Positions 30,559 through 40,431 of a DNA stretch of 64,000 bases are shown here, piece after piece. The notes below the pieces were generated by a model. The model was not told the origin of the DNA, made no database searches, and saw nothing but the letters and a program-made list of their open reading frames with translations. The DNA comes from Spirochaetia bacterium. Its GTDB lineage: Bacteria; Spirochaetota; Spirochaetia; CAKZLE01. The translations under genes and the position numbers were made by a program. Positions within the stretch are counted from its first letter, which is position 1. Each line of letters starts with the position of its first letter. Location of the stretch: NCBI GenBank assembly GCA_963677595.1, contig OY782041.1, forward strand, positions 1 to 64,000. Direction: 5' to 3'.

Positions 30559-31305
30559 CTACAGGGCCTTCCACTTCGTCACTGCCCTGCAGATGTCTGC
30601 ATCATCGCCATTCCTGACGCAATGCTGAACAGTGCTCTCCTCACCGGCGGTGAAGACCGTCACACGGTGACCGTAGAGGGCTTCGGCAAGGAAGTTGATC
30701 TCAAGCTCTGTCGGCACATGGGTCCTGCGGAAATCGGGGTCCATGCTCTCCATGAGCCACTCAAGGTACTTGATGTTGTTGACATGGTTGTTCATGTCCA
30801 GATCGTTGTAGCGTACCTGGTGTGATACCCTCTCGATACCATCCTCACAGGAGCCAAGCTTCCCGGGATTATCAGGGAGGGCTCTGGGTCCTGTCTCGGA
30901 ATAATCGTAGTCCAGTTCCCCGGATCTCGGGTGTACCGGCCTGCGGCTCTCCATGTTCATGAGCACCCAGCCGCTGACCCCGGCCCCAAGGACCTCCCCG
31001 TCAGTCGATTCCACCTGGAAGTCCCTGACATAGAGCAGGCGGTCGGTCCCCGACGGCCATGTCCTGAGCACGAGTTCATCCCCCACCTGGGGATACCGAT
31101 CCATCCTGATTAGAAGCCGGGAGAGCATCCAGGCCCGCTGGTTCTCGATGAGCATCGTCCTGCCGAAGCCCAGCTCATCCGCATGGTTCGAGGCGACCTC
31201 CTGAAAGAACTGGCATATTGCCGGGAGAGTCGCTGTATTGGTCGCGTCCACCTCATAGGAGTGGACCCTGAATATCTCACTGTATCGTTTTACCTTGACT
31301 GCCAT
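30559..31305 (-). CDS. Acyl-ACP thioesterase
   Basis: VHSYEVD, FQEVASNHA, WMLSR, VRYNDLDMNNHVNNIKY. Confidence 0.9.
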   Translation of the reverse strand: MAVKVKRYSEIFRVHSYEVDATNTATLPAICQFFQEVASNHADELGFGRTMLIENQRAWMLSRLLIRMDRYPQVGDELVLRTWPSGTDRLLYVRDFQVESTDGEVLGAGVSGWVLMNMESRRPVHPRSGELDYDYSETGPRALPDNPGKLGSCEDGIERVSHQVRYNDLDMNNHVNNIKYLEWLMESMDPDFRRTHVPTELEINFLAEALYGHRVTVFTAGEESTVQHCVRNGDDADICRAVTKWKAL

Positions 31306-31548
31306 GGGTCTACTGTACACTATTTCACCCTGGTGTTTGAAGTAGCCTGGCTCAGAATCAGTGAGAATCTGCTGGAAAGATGCAGCCTCTTCCATGCCGT
31401 TTCTAACGTGTAACTTTGTGCAATGATGACAGTTATACTCTATGTACCCTACATTCAAGAAAAAGTACATGATATCACTCAGGCACTTTGTCCTTCCCCT
31501 ATCAAGTCAAATTACGGGCAGCTTCCAGCTGCGATTGAGGAGATAGGT

Positions 31549-32307
31549 ATGCGAAGGATTTGTACGTTGGCAGCAGCAGTACTGTTGCTGGTAAGTATCA
31601 CAGGATGCGAAGACGGGACCCTACCCGAGGCTGCGGCTCCGGCGATCCTTGACGAGGAAGTGACGAGCAGGGGATTCTATGTCCAGGTGAGTTCCGGTGC
31701 TGAGTACTCCATACAGGGGAGCAGCGATTCCGGGGCGAACTGGGTCACCCTCTCTTCCGGTCATGCAGCGACGGACTCATCAAGTGAGATCCATGAGTTC
31801 CTTTGGAGCAGCATGACCGCATTCCCCGTGCCTGAGGACCTGGAAGTCAGGGTGGTCACCGAGGCTGCAGCCACTGACCCGGTCACGATCACAGCCGAGA
31901 TCGGGGAGTTCACCGTTGGCATGGGTGTCTGGGAGTCTATCGCGGTCTATCTTGATGACTACGACGACTCTTCCAGCGGTGCCGCCGAAGCCTGGGTGAA
32001 GGGGGATTTCTTCGGGAACACCTATTACACCATCAGGACCACGATCCATCACTCAATCCCGAACATGGCAGGCAGCTATATCTGGGTATATGATACGGAC
32101 GGCACCCTGGTGAATGACAGTTATTCCGCCTCACCCCTGTATGATGATGATTCGGGAGACGGGAACTTCTCACAGATTAACAGCTTCAAGGTCTCATTAA
32201 CCGGGACCTACTATGTCCTCATCAGATCTGACCTGGTCGCCCCACTGACCTTCGATCTCTCGGATTACGGCTGGATCCATTTTGAATCAGCAAAACCTGT
32301 CACCTGA
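31549..32307 (+). CDS. Hypothetical lipoprotein with a PPC-like beta domain
   Basis: Lipobox SITGC; VYDTDGTLV...DDDSGDGNFSQI...GTYYVLI. Confidence 0.65.
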   Translation: MRRICTLAAAVLLLVSITGCEDGTLPEAAAPAILDEEVTSRGFYVQVSSGAEYSIQGSSDSGANWVTLSSGHAATDSSSEIHEFLWSSMTAFPVPEDLEVRVVTEAAATDPVTITAEIGEFTVGMGVWESIAVYLDDYDDSSSGAAEAWVKGDFFGNTYYTIRTTIHHSIPNMAGSYIWVYDTDGTLVNDSYSASPLYDDDSGDGNFSQINSFKVSLTGTYYVLIRSDLVAPLTFDLSDYGWIHFESAKPVT

Positions 32308-32322
32308 TGGAAGTCAGTACCG

Positions 32323-33063
32323 TCAGACGATGACTCGCAGCTCCGGTTTGCTGTGGAAGTGACATACCTCCCCTGAGACGGTGAACTCCCCGAGCTGTCG
32401 CTCCCAGGACATGGTGATCTCATCAGGCCCTACAGCCCTTCCTCTGCTGATGAAGAGGATACTCCTCGTCAGCCGAAGGATATCCCCGATGTCATGGCTG
32501 ATCACGAGCATCGGGATCTGCAGCTCCTGCTGCAGGGTCTTCAGGTAGGGCAGGATGCTCAGCCTCAGACCACTGTCCAGGGCATTGAAGGGCTCATCCA
32601 TGAGGAGCAGCTCGGGAGAGGCGAGCAGGGCCCTGCCGATGGCTGTACGCTGCTGCTCCCCGCCGGAGAGCCGATGGGGATACTCCCCGAGATGGTCACC
32701 GAGATGCATGATCCCCACGACATCATCGAAGAGGGCCTTCTTCTTCGTGCTCCGGTACCGAAGGCCGAAGAGGAGGTTCTCCCTGATCGTCAGATGGGGG
32801 AAGAGCAGGTTCTCCTGGAAGACCACCCCGATCCCCCGCTTATGCATCGGCACATGGGTCCCCGTCTCACTATTGACAAGCTCCCTCCCGTTGAGCACGA
32901 TCCGCCCTCGCTCAGGCTTCTCGATACCCGCGATCAGGTTGAACAGCGAGGTCTTCCCGGCCCCGGAGGGTCCGAAGATGCCGGTAGTCTGCTGTTCGAG
33001 GGTACAGGAGAGGTCGAGGTCGAACCGGTTCCTCGGCAGCGTGACAGATATCTCAAGACTCAT
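32323..33063 (-). CDS. modC: Molybdate ABC transporter ATPase
   Basis: GPSGAGKTS, VFQENLLFPHL, LSGGEQQR, LLMDEPF; short form lacking the TOBE tail. Confidence 0.92.
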   Translation of the reverse strand: MSLEISVTLPRNRFDLDLSCTLEQQTTGIFGPSGAGKTSLFNLIAGIEKPERGRIVLNGRELVNSETGTHVPMHKRGIGVVFQENLLFPHLTIRENLLFGLRYRSTKKKALFDDVVGIMHLGDHLGEYPHRLSGGEQQRTAIGRALLASPELLLMDEPFNALDSGLRLSILPYLKTLQQELQIPMLVISHDIGDILRLTRSILFISRGRAVGPDEITMSWERQLGEFTVSGEVCHFHSKPELRVIV

Positions 33064-33761
33064 GCGGCAGCTCCTTTCCTGAAGGCACTCAGGCGCTTCA
33101 TCTTCCGGTTGAAGACCTCCGATACCCAGATGGCAGCGAAGGAGATCGAGATCGAGATGAGGATGAGCAGTACGACCCTGCTCTCACTTCCCGGCACCTG
33201 CAGGGAGGAGAAGATCGACAGGGGGATCGTCCTCGTCTCCCCGGCAATATTTCCCGCGAAGATGATCGTCGCACCGAACTCCCCAAGGCTTCGGGCGAAG
33301 CCCAGCGTGAGCCCGTTGATGAGCCCGGGGAGGACCAGCGGGATCGTGATCCGCCTGGCGACCTCGAAGGGACTCGCCCCCAGGGTCGCGGCAATGGACT
33401 CCATCCTTCGGTCGAGCATCTCCAGCGAGAGCCTGAGGCTCCTCGTGATGAGGGGAAAGGCTACCACCATGGAAGCGATCACCGCAGCGGCGGAGGTGAA
33501 GGCGATCCGGATCCCGGTCAAGCTATAGACCAGGTTCCCGATGACCCCGTTTTTCCCCAGGATGAGCAGCAGCAGGAACCCGGTCGTGATCGGGGGCATG
33601 ACCAGGGGCAGGTGCACGATCCCGTCAAGGATCAGCTTGCCCCTGAACTCACTCCTTGCCAGCAGCCAGGCGGCTCCCGCAGCCAGCGGGATGTCCAGCA
33701 GGACAGCCAGGAAGCTGATCCGCAGGGAGAGCAGTACGGTTGTGGCCAGTTCATGGTTCAT
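33060..33761 (-). CDS. modB: Molybdate ABC transporter permease
   Basis: LPLVMPP...GFARSLGEFGATIIFAGNIAGETRTIPL. Confidence 0.95.
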   Translation of the reverse strand: MNHELATTVLLSLRISFLAVLLDIPLAAGAAWLLARSEFRGKLILDGIVHLPLVMPPITTGFLLLLILGKNGVIGNLVYSLTGIRIAFTSAAAVIASMVVAFPLITRSLRLSLEMLDRRMESIAATLGASPFEVARRITIPLVLPGLINGLTLGFARSLGEFGATIIFAGNIAGETRTIPLSIFSSLQVPGSESRVVLLILISISISFAAIWVSEVFNRKMKRLSAFRKGAAA

Positions 33762-34552
33762 CGTGACTCCTCCGGGATGGTGAATCCAAATGATTCATAG
33801 AGTTCAAGCATATCCTCATTCCCCGTGAGGAACTCGAACAGGTCCTGCGACCCTTCTGAGCTCTCCTCCAACATGGAGATCATGTAGCGTACTGGAGTAT
33901 GGGACTCTGCCGGGAAGGTCGAGACGATCCGGACCTTGTCACTCTTCAGGGCGTCGGTGCGGTAGACGATACCGAAGTCCGCCTCCCCCAGCTCCACCAT
34001 GGAGAGCGCCATCCTCACGTCGCTCGTCGGTTGGATGCGCGGCTCCAGTGATTCATACCAGTCGTAGTACTCCAGGGCCTCCTTCCCGTACTGTCCTGCA
34101 GGGACATGGGCTGGATCTCCCATCGCCAGCCAGAGATCTACCATCCCCGGGAGGTCGCTACCCGGAATATCGAGCATCTCCAGCTCTGAATCTACCGTTA
34201 CGACCAGGACCAGGTCATTCTGCAGCCAGGCAGCCGCCTCTCCGTTCAGGCCGAGCCCCTCTATGTAGTCCATCCATTTCGTCGATGCGGAGATGAAGAT
34301 ATCAGCGGGAGCCTCGGCCTCAAGCTGCCTGGCCAGGTTACCGCTGGAGGCGAGATTGAGCTTCAGCTCTACCCCGGTCTCCTCCTGGTACATCGCTGCG
34401 GCAGTGTTCATGAGGTCTGTCGTACTTGCCGCGGCAAATATCGTCAGAGACTCATCCTCCGGGCTGCAGCCTGCCAGCAGCAGGCTGGCCGTCAGTACCA
34501 GCAGGCACACATACCTGCCGAACCCTCCCCTGTCAACCTTCATCTTGCGCAT
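33758..34552 (-). CDS. modA: Molybdate ABC transporter binding lipoprotein
   Basis: Lipobox LLAGC; IFAAAS, ASSGNLARQ, GDPAHVPAGQYG, GIVYRTDA. Confidence 0.93.
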   Translation of the reverse strand: MRKMKVDRGGFGRYVCLLVLTASLLLAGCSPEDESLTIFAAASTTDLMNTAAAMYQEETGVELKLNLASSGNLARQLEAEAPADIFISASTKWMDYIEGLGLNGEAAAWLQNDLVLVVTVDSELEMLDIPGSDLPGMVDLWLAMGDPAHVPAGQYGKEALEYYDWYESLEPRIQPTSDVRMALSMVELGEADFGIVYRTDALKSDKVRIVSTFPAESHTPVRYMISMLEESSEGSQDLFEFLTGNEDMLELYESFGFTIPEESR

Positions 34553-34590
34553 ACTTCTCTCCATACAACACCATGCCCCATGGTGCACGG

Positions 34591-34899
34591 TCAGTTCATG
34601 ACGTACTTCTCACAGATGCCCTCATCCTCGAGCGCATCAAGGATCTCATCCACGTCCTCCTCGGTCTCCACGCCCCCGTACCAGATGTTCTCCGGGTATT
34701 GGACGAGAGCCGGTCCCCGGTCACAGACCTTGAGGCAGCCGGTGATCGAGACCATGACCTCCGAAAGTCCCCGGTCGATCAGCTCGTTCTCGATGTATTG
34801 TGCCAGCTCATGCGAGCCCTTCTTCGCACATACCCCCTGGGGGGCTCCCGACATCCTGAAACTCCCGCATAGTAAAAGATGGTTCTTTGGTTTCTCCAT
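34591..34899 (-). CDS. Thioredoxin-like [2Fe-2S] ferredoxin (nif-associated)
   Basis: LLCGSFR...GVC...TGCLKVCDRGP...YPENIWYG. Confidence 0.88.
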   Translation of the reverse strand: MEKPKNHLLLCGSFRMSGAPQGVCAKKGSHELAQYIENELIDRGLSEVMVSITGCLKVCDRGPALVQYPENIWYGGVETEEDVDEILDALEDEGICEKYVMN

Positions 34900-34949
34900 G
34901 ACAACTCTCTCCTTCCTCTATGATTCTATCTGCCAGCTGACAGATCTTC

Positions 34950-36224
34950 CTACATGCAACCCATGGCCGTACCACCGCAGCCGGACCCCTTTCCTGCCCG
35001 GAAACCGGGCAGTCTCGCATACTGCTTCAGGCCCTCTCCCTGGTTGTATGCCTCGAGTATGCCGCTGATCAGTCCCTGCACCTTGTACACCTGCAGGCCT
35101 GAGGATGCGAGGACCTCTTCCGGCCTGCCGCCGATCGACACGGTGAACAGGGCCCTGCAGTCTGACAGGAGCCCAGCGAGCTCCTCCCAGCGGGCATCCC
35201 CGTTCCCGGCAGCCGGGGCGGTACGCTTCTCGAGGAACCTGATCCCCTTGCTGTCTGCCGTGTAGATATGGAAGGAGCGGGTCTCCCCGAGGTGGAGGTT
35301 CACCAGGAGGCCTTCCTGCGAGGAGACGGCGAAGTGCTTCCTCTCTTCGGCCATGTCCTTCGGCAGGTTCCTGACGTAGGAGAGGAAGTCGATGACCTGG
35401 TCACTGGTCTTCTTCCCTACCAGGCCTGCCGCATCGGAGCGGCACCTGCCGCAGTGCATCATCTGGTGCACATAGGAGGAGGCCTTCGCCCTCACCGTCT
35501 TCGTCATCTGTGCATCGGGGGCACGCAGTTCCCCGAAGGCCGACTCCTTCACCGGGATGAGCGGCAGGCAGTTCTGGATCTCGACCCCGAGTCCCGCGAC
35601 TGTCCGCGCGACCTCCTCGATATGGCCGTCGTTCACCCCGGGGATGATGATCGTGTTGACCTTCACGTGCCACCCGAGCTTCACAGCCTTCTCCAGCCCG
35701 CTCAACTGCTTCTCGAGCAGCAGGGAGGCAGCCTCGATGCCGCGGTAGCCGCGCTTCCTGTAGCGGACCCAGCCGTAGATATCCTTCCCCACTTCCGGGT
35801 CGACCGCGTTCATCGTGACTGTCAGGAACCGCAGCCCGAGCTCATGCAGCTCCTCGATATACTCATCAAGCATCAGACCGTTCGTCGAGAGGCAGAAGGT
35901 GGTCTCCGGCAGCTTCTCCCTGATGAGGCGCATCGTCTCGAGGGTCTGTTCCGGGTTCGCCAGAGCATCCCCGGGACCAGCGATCCCCGCCACCTCCATC
36001 CAGGGATTCTCCCTCTTCAGCTCGAAGAAGTAGAACGCAGCCTGCTCAGGGCTCAGGACGGTGCTCGAGACACCGGGACGCGACTCATTGACGCAGTCAT
36101 ACTTCCGGTAGCAGTAGTTGCACTGGATGTTGCACTTGGGTGCCACCGGGAGGTGGACCCGGCCGCTCCTGTGCTTCACCCTGCTGTTGAAGCAGGGATG
36201 GTTCGTACTCTCGACTCTTGCCAT
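34950..36224 (-). CDS. nifB: FeMo-cofactor biosynthesis radical SAM protein NifB with C-terminal NifX-like domain
   Basis: HPCF, HLPVAPKCNIQCNYC, ESRPGV, GIAGPGD, HCGRCRSDAAG, VNLHLGE. Confidence 0.96.
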   Translation of the reverse strand: MARVESTNHPCFNSRVKHRSGRVHLPVAPKCNIQCNYCYRKYDCVNESRPGVSSTVLSPEQAAFYFFELKRENPWMEVAGIAGPGDALANPEQTLETMRLIREKLPETTFCLSTNGLMLDEYIEELHELGLRFLTVTMNAVDPEVGKDIYGWVRYRKRGYRGIEAASLLLEKQLSGLEKAVKLGWHVKVNTIIIPGVNDGHIEEVARTVAGLGVEIQNCLPLIPVKESAFGELRAPDAQMTKTVRAKASSYVHQMMHCGRCRSDAAGLVGKKTSDQVIDFLSYVRNLPKDMAEERKHFAVSSQEGLLVNLHLGETRSFHIYTADSKGIRFLEKRTAPAAGNGDARWEELAGLLSDCRALFTVSIGGRPEEVLASSGLQVYKVQGLISGILEAYNQGEGLKQYARLPGFRAGKGSGCGGTAMGCM

Positions 36225-36253
36225 AACGTTCTCTCCTTCCTCTGACTGATCTT

Positions 36254-37609
36254 CTATATGTATGAATACCCGATCGGATTACCCTTCTGCATCGTCTCCA
36301 TGACCGCATTCACGATCCTGTCATAGAGCTCGAGCGTCCCTTCGTACCCGATCATCCTGATCCTCGAGGCCCCGAACCGGTCATGGATCGGGAACCCTAC
36401 CCTGATCAGCGGTATATCGAGCTTCCGGGCTATCTTGGCTCCCTTCCCGCTGCCGATCATGAGGTCTATATCACTGGATCCTGCGAGCTCCTCGATATCC
36501 TCGAAGTCCGCCCCATCCTGTATGACCGGCTTCTCGTCCAGGTCGTGGTAATCCGGATGGGCTATGATCCCCGCCCGCATGGAACCGGTCCTTCCCCCGC
36601 TCGCACAGATCACCGGGATAGTCCCGATCTCCTGCATGAAGGTGTACAGGCTGACGACAACATCCTCATCCCCGTAGAGCAGCACCCGTTTGCCGAAGAG
36701 ATACTTGTGCCCGTCGGTATAGGCATCGATCAGCCGTTCCCTAGCCGAGATCTCCCCTGCGGGGATACTCCGCTCCGTGTACTCCTGCAGCAGGTCGAGG
36801 AACCGGTCGGTGAGCTCCACCCCGATCGGGAGGGGGGTCCTCCTCGCAGGGACAGCATGCTCCTGCTGGAGGGCATCCCCGGCAGTTACGAGCTTATCGT
36901 TCTCCCCGACGAACTCGATGGTGACCTTCGCCGACCCGGTCTGCTCCAGGGAAGCCGCGGTGGTTCCTCCCGGAGGTATCGGCTGGTACTCTCCCCAGAT
37001 GCCCCCGTCCAGCGTCTTCTCATAGTCAGGGAAGAGGATGCATTCGATCCCCATGCCCTGGATGAGCCGTTTCAGGTACCTCAAGTCCGCCGGGCTGACC
37101 ATGGAGGGGAACAGGTTTATATGATGTCCCTTCCCTGACTTCTTAGCGAATCCCCGCACCGTCTCACGCACGGTATGGATGAACCCCTCGATCTGGTTCC
37201 CCGAATAGCTCGGTGTCGACACGGCAATGAGCTTCGGCAATACAGTCCCCGGGGAGTCTTTCTCAAGCTCCTTCCTGAACTCGTTGAGGATCATGGGGAC
37301 ATTGTCCCCGATCGTCTCGGAGAGACAGGTACTCGCGATGCCGATCACCTCCGGGTGGTACTGGCGCATCACGTTGAGGATGGCAGCCTTCAGGTTCTCG
37401 CCGCCACCGAAGACCGCGGTCTCCTCGGTGAAGCTCGAGGAGGCGGTATCGATCGGCTCACGGTAGTGGCTGATGAGATACCGCCTGATATAGGTGGCAC
37501 AACCCTGAGAACCGTGGAGGAGACTGATCGAGTTCTCCACTCCCTTGAAGGCAACCACCGCACCCAAGGGGGCACACAGGTTGCAGGAGTTCTTCGTCAC
37601 TGCTTTCAT
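36254..37609 (-). CDS. nifN: FeMo-cofactor scaffold subunit NifN
   Basis: CNLCAPLGA, LHGSQGCATYIRRY, TCLSETIGD, GFPIHDR; follows nifE. Confidence 0.93.
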   Translation of the reverse strand: MKAVTKNSCNLCAPLGAVVAFKGVENSISLLHGSQGCATYIRRYLISHYREPIDTASSSFTEETAVFGGGENLKAAILNVMRQYHPEVIGIASTCLSETIGDNVPMILNEFRKELEKDSPGTVLPKLIAVSTPSYSGNQIEGFIHTVRETVRGFAKKSGKGHHINLFPSMVSPADLRYLKRLIQGMGIECILFPDYEKTLDGGIWGEYQPIPPGGTTAASLEQTGSAKVTIEFVGENDKLVTAGDALQQEHAVPARRTPLPIGVELTDRFLDLLQEYTERSIPAGEISARERLIDAYTDGHKYLFGKRVLLYGDEDVVVSLYTFMQEIGTIPVICASGGRTGSMRAGIIAHPDYHDLDEKPVIQDGADFEDIEELAGSSDIDLMIGSGKGAKIARKLDIPLIRVGFPIHDRFGASRIRMIGYEGTLELYDRIVNAVMETMQKGNPIGYSYI

Positions 37610-38994
37610 AGATTCACCTCCGAAGCCTTTGTGTTCCTGTAGGCGAACTTCCAGACAGGGCTCAGGACTGAGGAGTAGACCTCCTCGGCGAAATGGAGCA
37701 TCCCCTCGAACCCTGCCAGGGAGATCTTCCGTTCATGGTTGTGGTCACAGAAGGCGACCCCCAGCTTCAGGGCCATGGGACGCTCCTTGACCCCGCCGAT
37801 GAAGAGGTCTGCCTGTTTCGCGAGGACGAAACGGCTCAGTTCCATGGGGTTGGCATCATCGACGATCACGGTCCCGGGATTGCACATAGCCTTGAGATCC
37901 TCATAGTCCTGGGCGTTTCCCGTCTGGGAACCGACCACGACGACCTCCATCCCGAGCAGGCTGAGCGCCTTGATCAGGGAGAATGCCTTGAAGGCGCCCC
38001 CCACATAGATGGCGGCGCGTTTGCCCTGCAGCTTTTCCCGCATCTCGGAGATTCTCTCCATGATCGAACCGATCTCCTGTCTGACGAGGGTCTCAGCCCT
38101 CTCGAGCATCTGCTCATTCCCGAAGAACTTCGCCACATCATAGAGAGCCTGTGCGGTATCCTCGATCCCGAAGTAGGATACCCGTATATAGGGGATGCCG
38201 TAGGCCCGCTCCATCTCCTGGGCAAGGTAGGTCATGGACCCTGAGCACTGTACTACGTTCAGTGAGGCGGTATAGGCCCTGCTGACATCTTCGACCCGTC
38301 CGTCCCCGGTCATGGTGGAGATGATCTTCACCCCCATCTGCTCATAGTACTTCCTGATGATCCAGGCTTCCCCTGCCAGGTTGAACTCGCCCATGATGTT
38401 GATGCTCTCAGGCACCCTCTCCGGGGTGCTGTTGAAGGATCGCCCCTGGCTGAGCTCATGCTTGCGCATCAGCATGAAGAGCGCATCGCAGGCTGCCTTG
38501 TACCCGTCCTTCTTCGTACCGCGGAAGCCCTCGGAATGGACGGCGATCACGGGGATACCGAACTCCTGCTCGGCCTTCCTCGCGACGGCATCGACATCAT
38601 CCCCGATGATGCCGACGATGCAGGTGGCATAGATGAAGGCGGCTTTCGGGGAGTACTTCGTGATCAGGGTCTGCAGGGCCTCGTGGAGCTTCTTCTCACC
38701 ACCGTAGATGATGTTCTTCTCCCTCAGGTCGGTCGAGAAGCTCAGCCGGTGTAGTTCCGGCCCGGAGGAGAGAGAGCCCCTGATGTCCCAGGTATAGGCA
38801 GCACAGCCGATAGGCCCATGAATCAGGTGCACCGCATCAGCTATCGGGTAGAGGACCACCCGGGAGCCGCAGAAAACGCAGGCACGCTGGCTGACAGCCC
38901 CTGCAAGGCTCTTCCGCTCACAGGACATGGTGAAGGTATCCTCACCCTTGGTGAACACCTGTGTCTTTCTCTCCGTCAGTATCTCTGCATTCAT
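37606..38994 (-). CDS. nifE: FeMo-cofactor scaffold subunit NifE
   Basis: GAVSQRACVFCGSR, HGPIGCAAYTWDIRG, TCIVGIIGDD, VVQCSGSM. Confidence 0.95.
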   Translation of the reverse strand: MNAEILTERKTQVFTKGEDTFTMSCERKSLAGAVSQRACVFCGSRVVLYPIADAVHLIHGPIGCAAYTWDIRGSLSSGPELHRLSFSTDLREKNIIYGGEKKLHEALQTLITKYSPKAAFIYATCIVGIIGDDVDAVARKAEQEFGIPVIAVHSEGFRGTKKDGYKAACDALFMLMRKHELSQGRSFNSTPERVPESINIMGEFNLAGEAWIIRKYYEQMGVKIISTMTGDGRVEDVSRAYTASLNVVQCSGSMTYLAQEMERAYGIPYIRVSYFGIEDTAQALYDVAKFFGNEQMLERAETLVRQEIGSIMERISEMREKLQGKRAAIYVGGAFKAFSLIKALSLLGMEVVVVGSQTGNAQDYEDLKAMCNPGTVIVDDANPMELSRFVLAKQADLFIGGVKERPMALKLGVAFCDHNHERKISLAGFEGMLHFAEEVYSSVLSPVWKFAYRNTKASEVNL

Positions 38995-39037
38995 GGACAA
39001 GCTCCTTATCGGATGTCTATCGGTTCTGTGCTCTTCC

Positions 39038-40420
39038 TTACATGACCAGCTCGAAGGCTTCCTCAGTCGATTTCGCATCCTTCCGATCCATGATGATCGT
39101 CAGGATCCTCTCGAGGATGCGCATCGCTCCCTTATACCCCACCATAGGGAAGTAGCTGTGCCCTACCCGGTCGAGGATGGGGAAACCCATCCTCAAGAAT
39201 CCGATGTCCTCGTCGCGTGCGATGTACTTGCCGTAGGTGTTGCCGATGAGCAGGTCCACCGGGTCGTTCTTGATCCACTGGTGGAGCAGGAACATATCGG
39301 CATTCGCCCCGTTCTTCACTTTCGCATCGTACCCTTTAGCCGCGAGCATGTCGGTCACCCCCTTGGTGAACACCTTGCCCGGTGTCCCGCTGACAATGGC
39401 ACTCGGTACCATCTCGATGTCGGCGAGGAACTCTGCGAGCGGCAGCAGGATATCGGGGTCACCGAAGATCGCGACCTTCTTCCCGTAGACGTACTGCTGC
39501 ATGTCGGCGATCATGTCGATGAGCCGTCCCCGGTCCTCCTCGATCTCCGCCGGGATGGGTTTTCCCGTGATCCGGTTCAGCGCCATGAAGAACCGGTCGG
39601 TCGCCTCGAGCCCGATGGGGATGTCGAGCAGCGTATAGGGTACCCCGCAGTTTGCATCGAGCCATTTGGCGCCCTCTGCCGAGCTGAAGTTCCCGAGTGC
39701 GAAGGTATGGGCTGATGAGCCGGAGCTCTTCAGCTCGGGGATGGTCACCCCGCCCTTGGGGTAGAACTCATGGACTCCCGTCATCGGGGCATCAAGCACA
39801 TCTGATGTGTCTGGGAACATGATCGTCGGGATATCCATGAGCTTCATGAGCCGCTTCAGCTCCCGCATGTCCGAGGGTTCCACCCAGCCGGGGATGACGT
39901 TGTAGTAGTCGGTCTTCAGCTCCTCGGACTCCGCGAATGCCTTCACCATGCTCACCACCATATTGGAGAAGCCGGTGACATGGGAGCCCACATAGGAGGG
40001 GGTACTGGCACTGATCACGTGCTTTCCCTCAGGGATCTTCTTGTCGGCAGCAGCCTTGGCCGCGATCTGGGGCACATCGTCACCGATCGTCTCGGAGAGG
40101 CAGGTGGTATGGACGGCGATGATGTCTGGGTCGTAGATGGTGAAGATATTGTTGATCGCCTGCAGCAGGTTCGCCTGGCCGCCGAAGACCGAGGCTCCTT
40201 CGGTGAAGGAACTCGTACCAGCCATGATCGGTTCCTTGTAGTGGCGGGTCAGGGCACTCCTGTGGTAGGCACAGCAGCCCTGTGACCCATGGCTGTGGGG
40301 AAAGCACCCATGGATGCCGAGCGCGGCATACATCGCACCGATCGGCTGGCAGGTCTTGGCCGGGTTGATCGTGAGCGCGCTCCTCTCTGTGATGTCTTTG
40401 GGGGTATGTCGTAACAGCAT
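39038..40420 (-). CDS. nifK: Nitrogenase MoFe protein beta chain
   Basis: INPAKTCQPIGAMYA, HGSQGCCAYH, HTTCLSETIGDD (short anaerobe type). Confidence 0.96.
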   Translation of the reverse strand: MLLRHTPKDITERSALTINPAKTCQPIGAMYAALGIHGCFPHSHGSQGCCAYHRSALTRHYKEPIMAGTSSFTEGASVFGGQANLLQAINNIFTIYDPDIIAVHTTCLSETIGDDVPQIAAKAAADKKIPEGKHVISASTPSYVGSHVTGFSNMVVSMVKAFAESEELKTDYYNVIPGWVEPSDMRELKRLMKLMDIPTIMFPDTSDVLDAPMTGVHEFYPKGGVTIPELKSSGSSAHTFALGNFSSAEGAKWLDANCGVPYTLLDIPIGLEATDRFFMALNRITGKPIPAEIEEDRGRLIDMIADMQQYVYGKKVAIFGDPDILLPLAEFLADIEMVPSAIVSGTPGKVFTKGVTDMLAAKGYDAKVKNGANADMFLLHQWIKNDPVDLLIGNTYGKYIARDEDIGFLRMGFPILDRVGHSYFPMVGYKGAMRILERILTIIMDRKDAKSTEEAFELVM

Positions 40421-40431
40421 AGTATACCTTC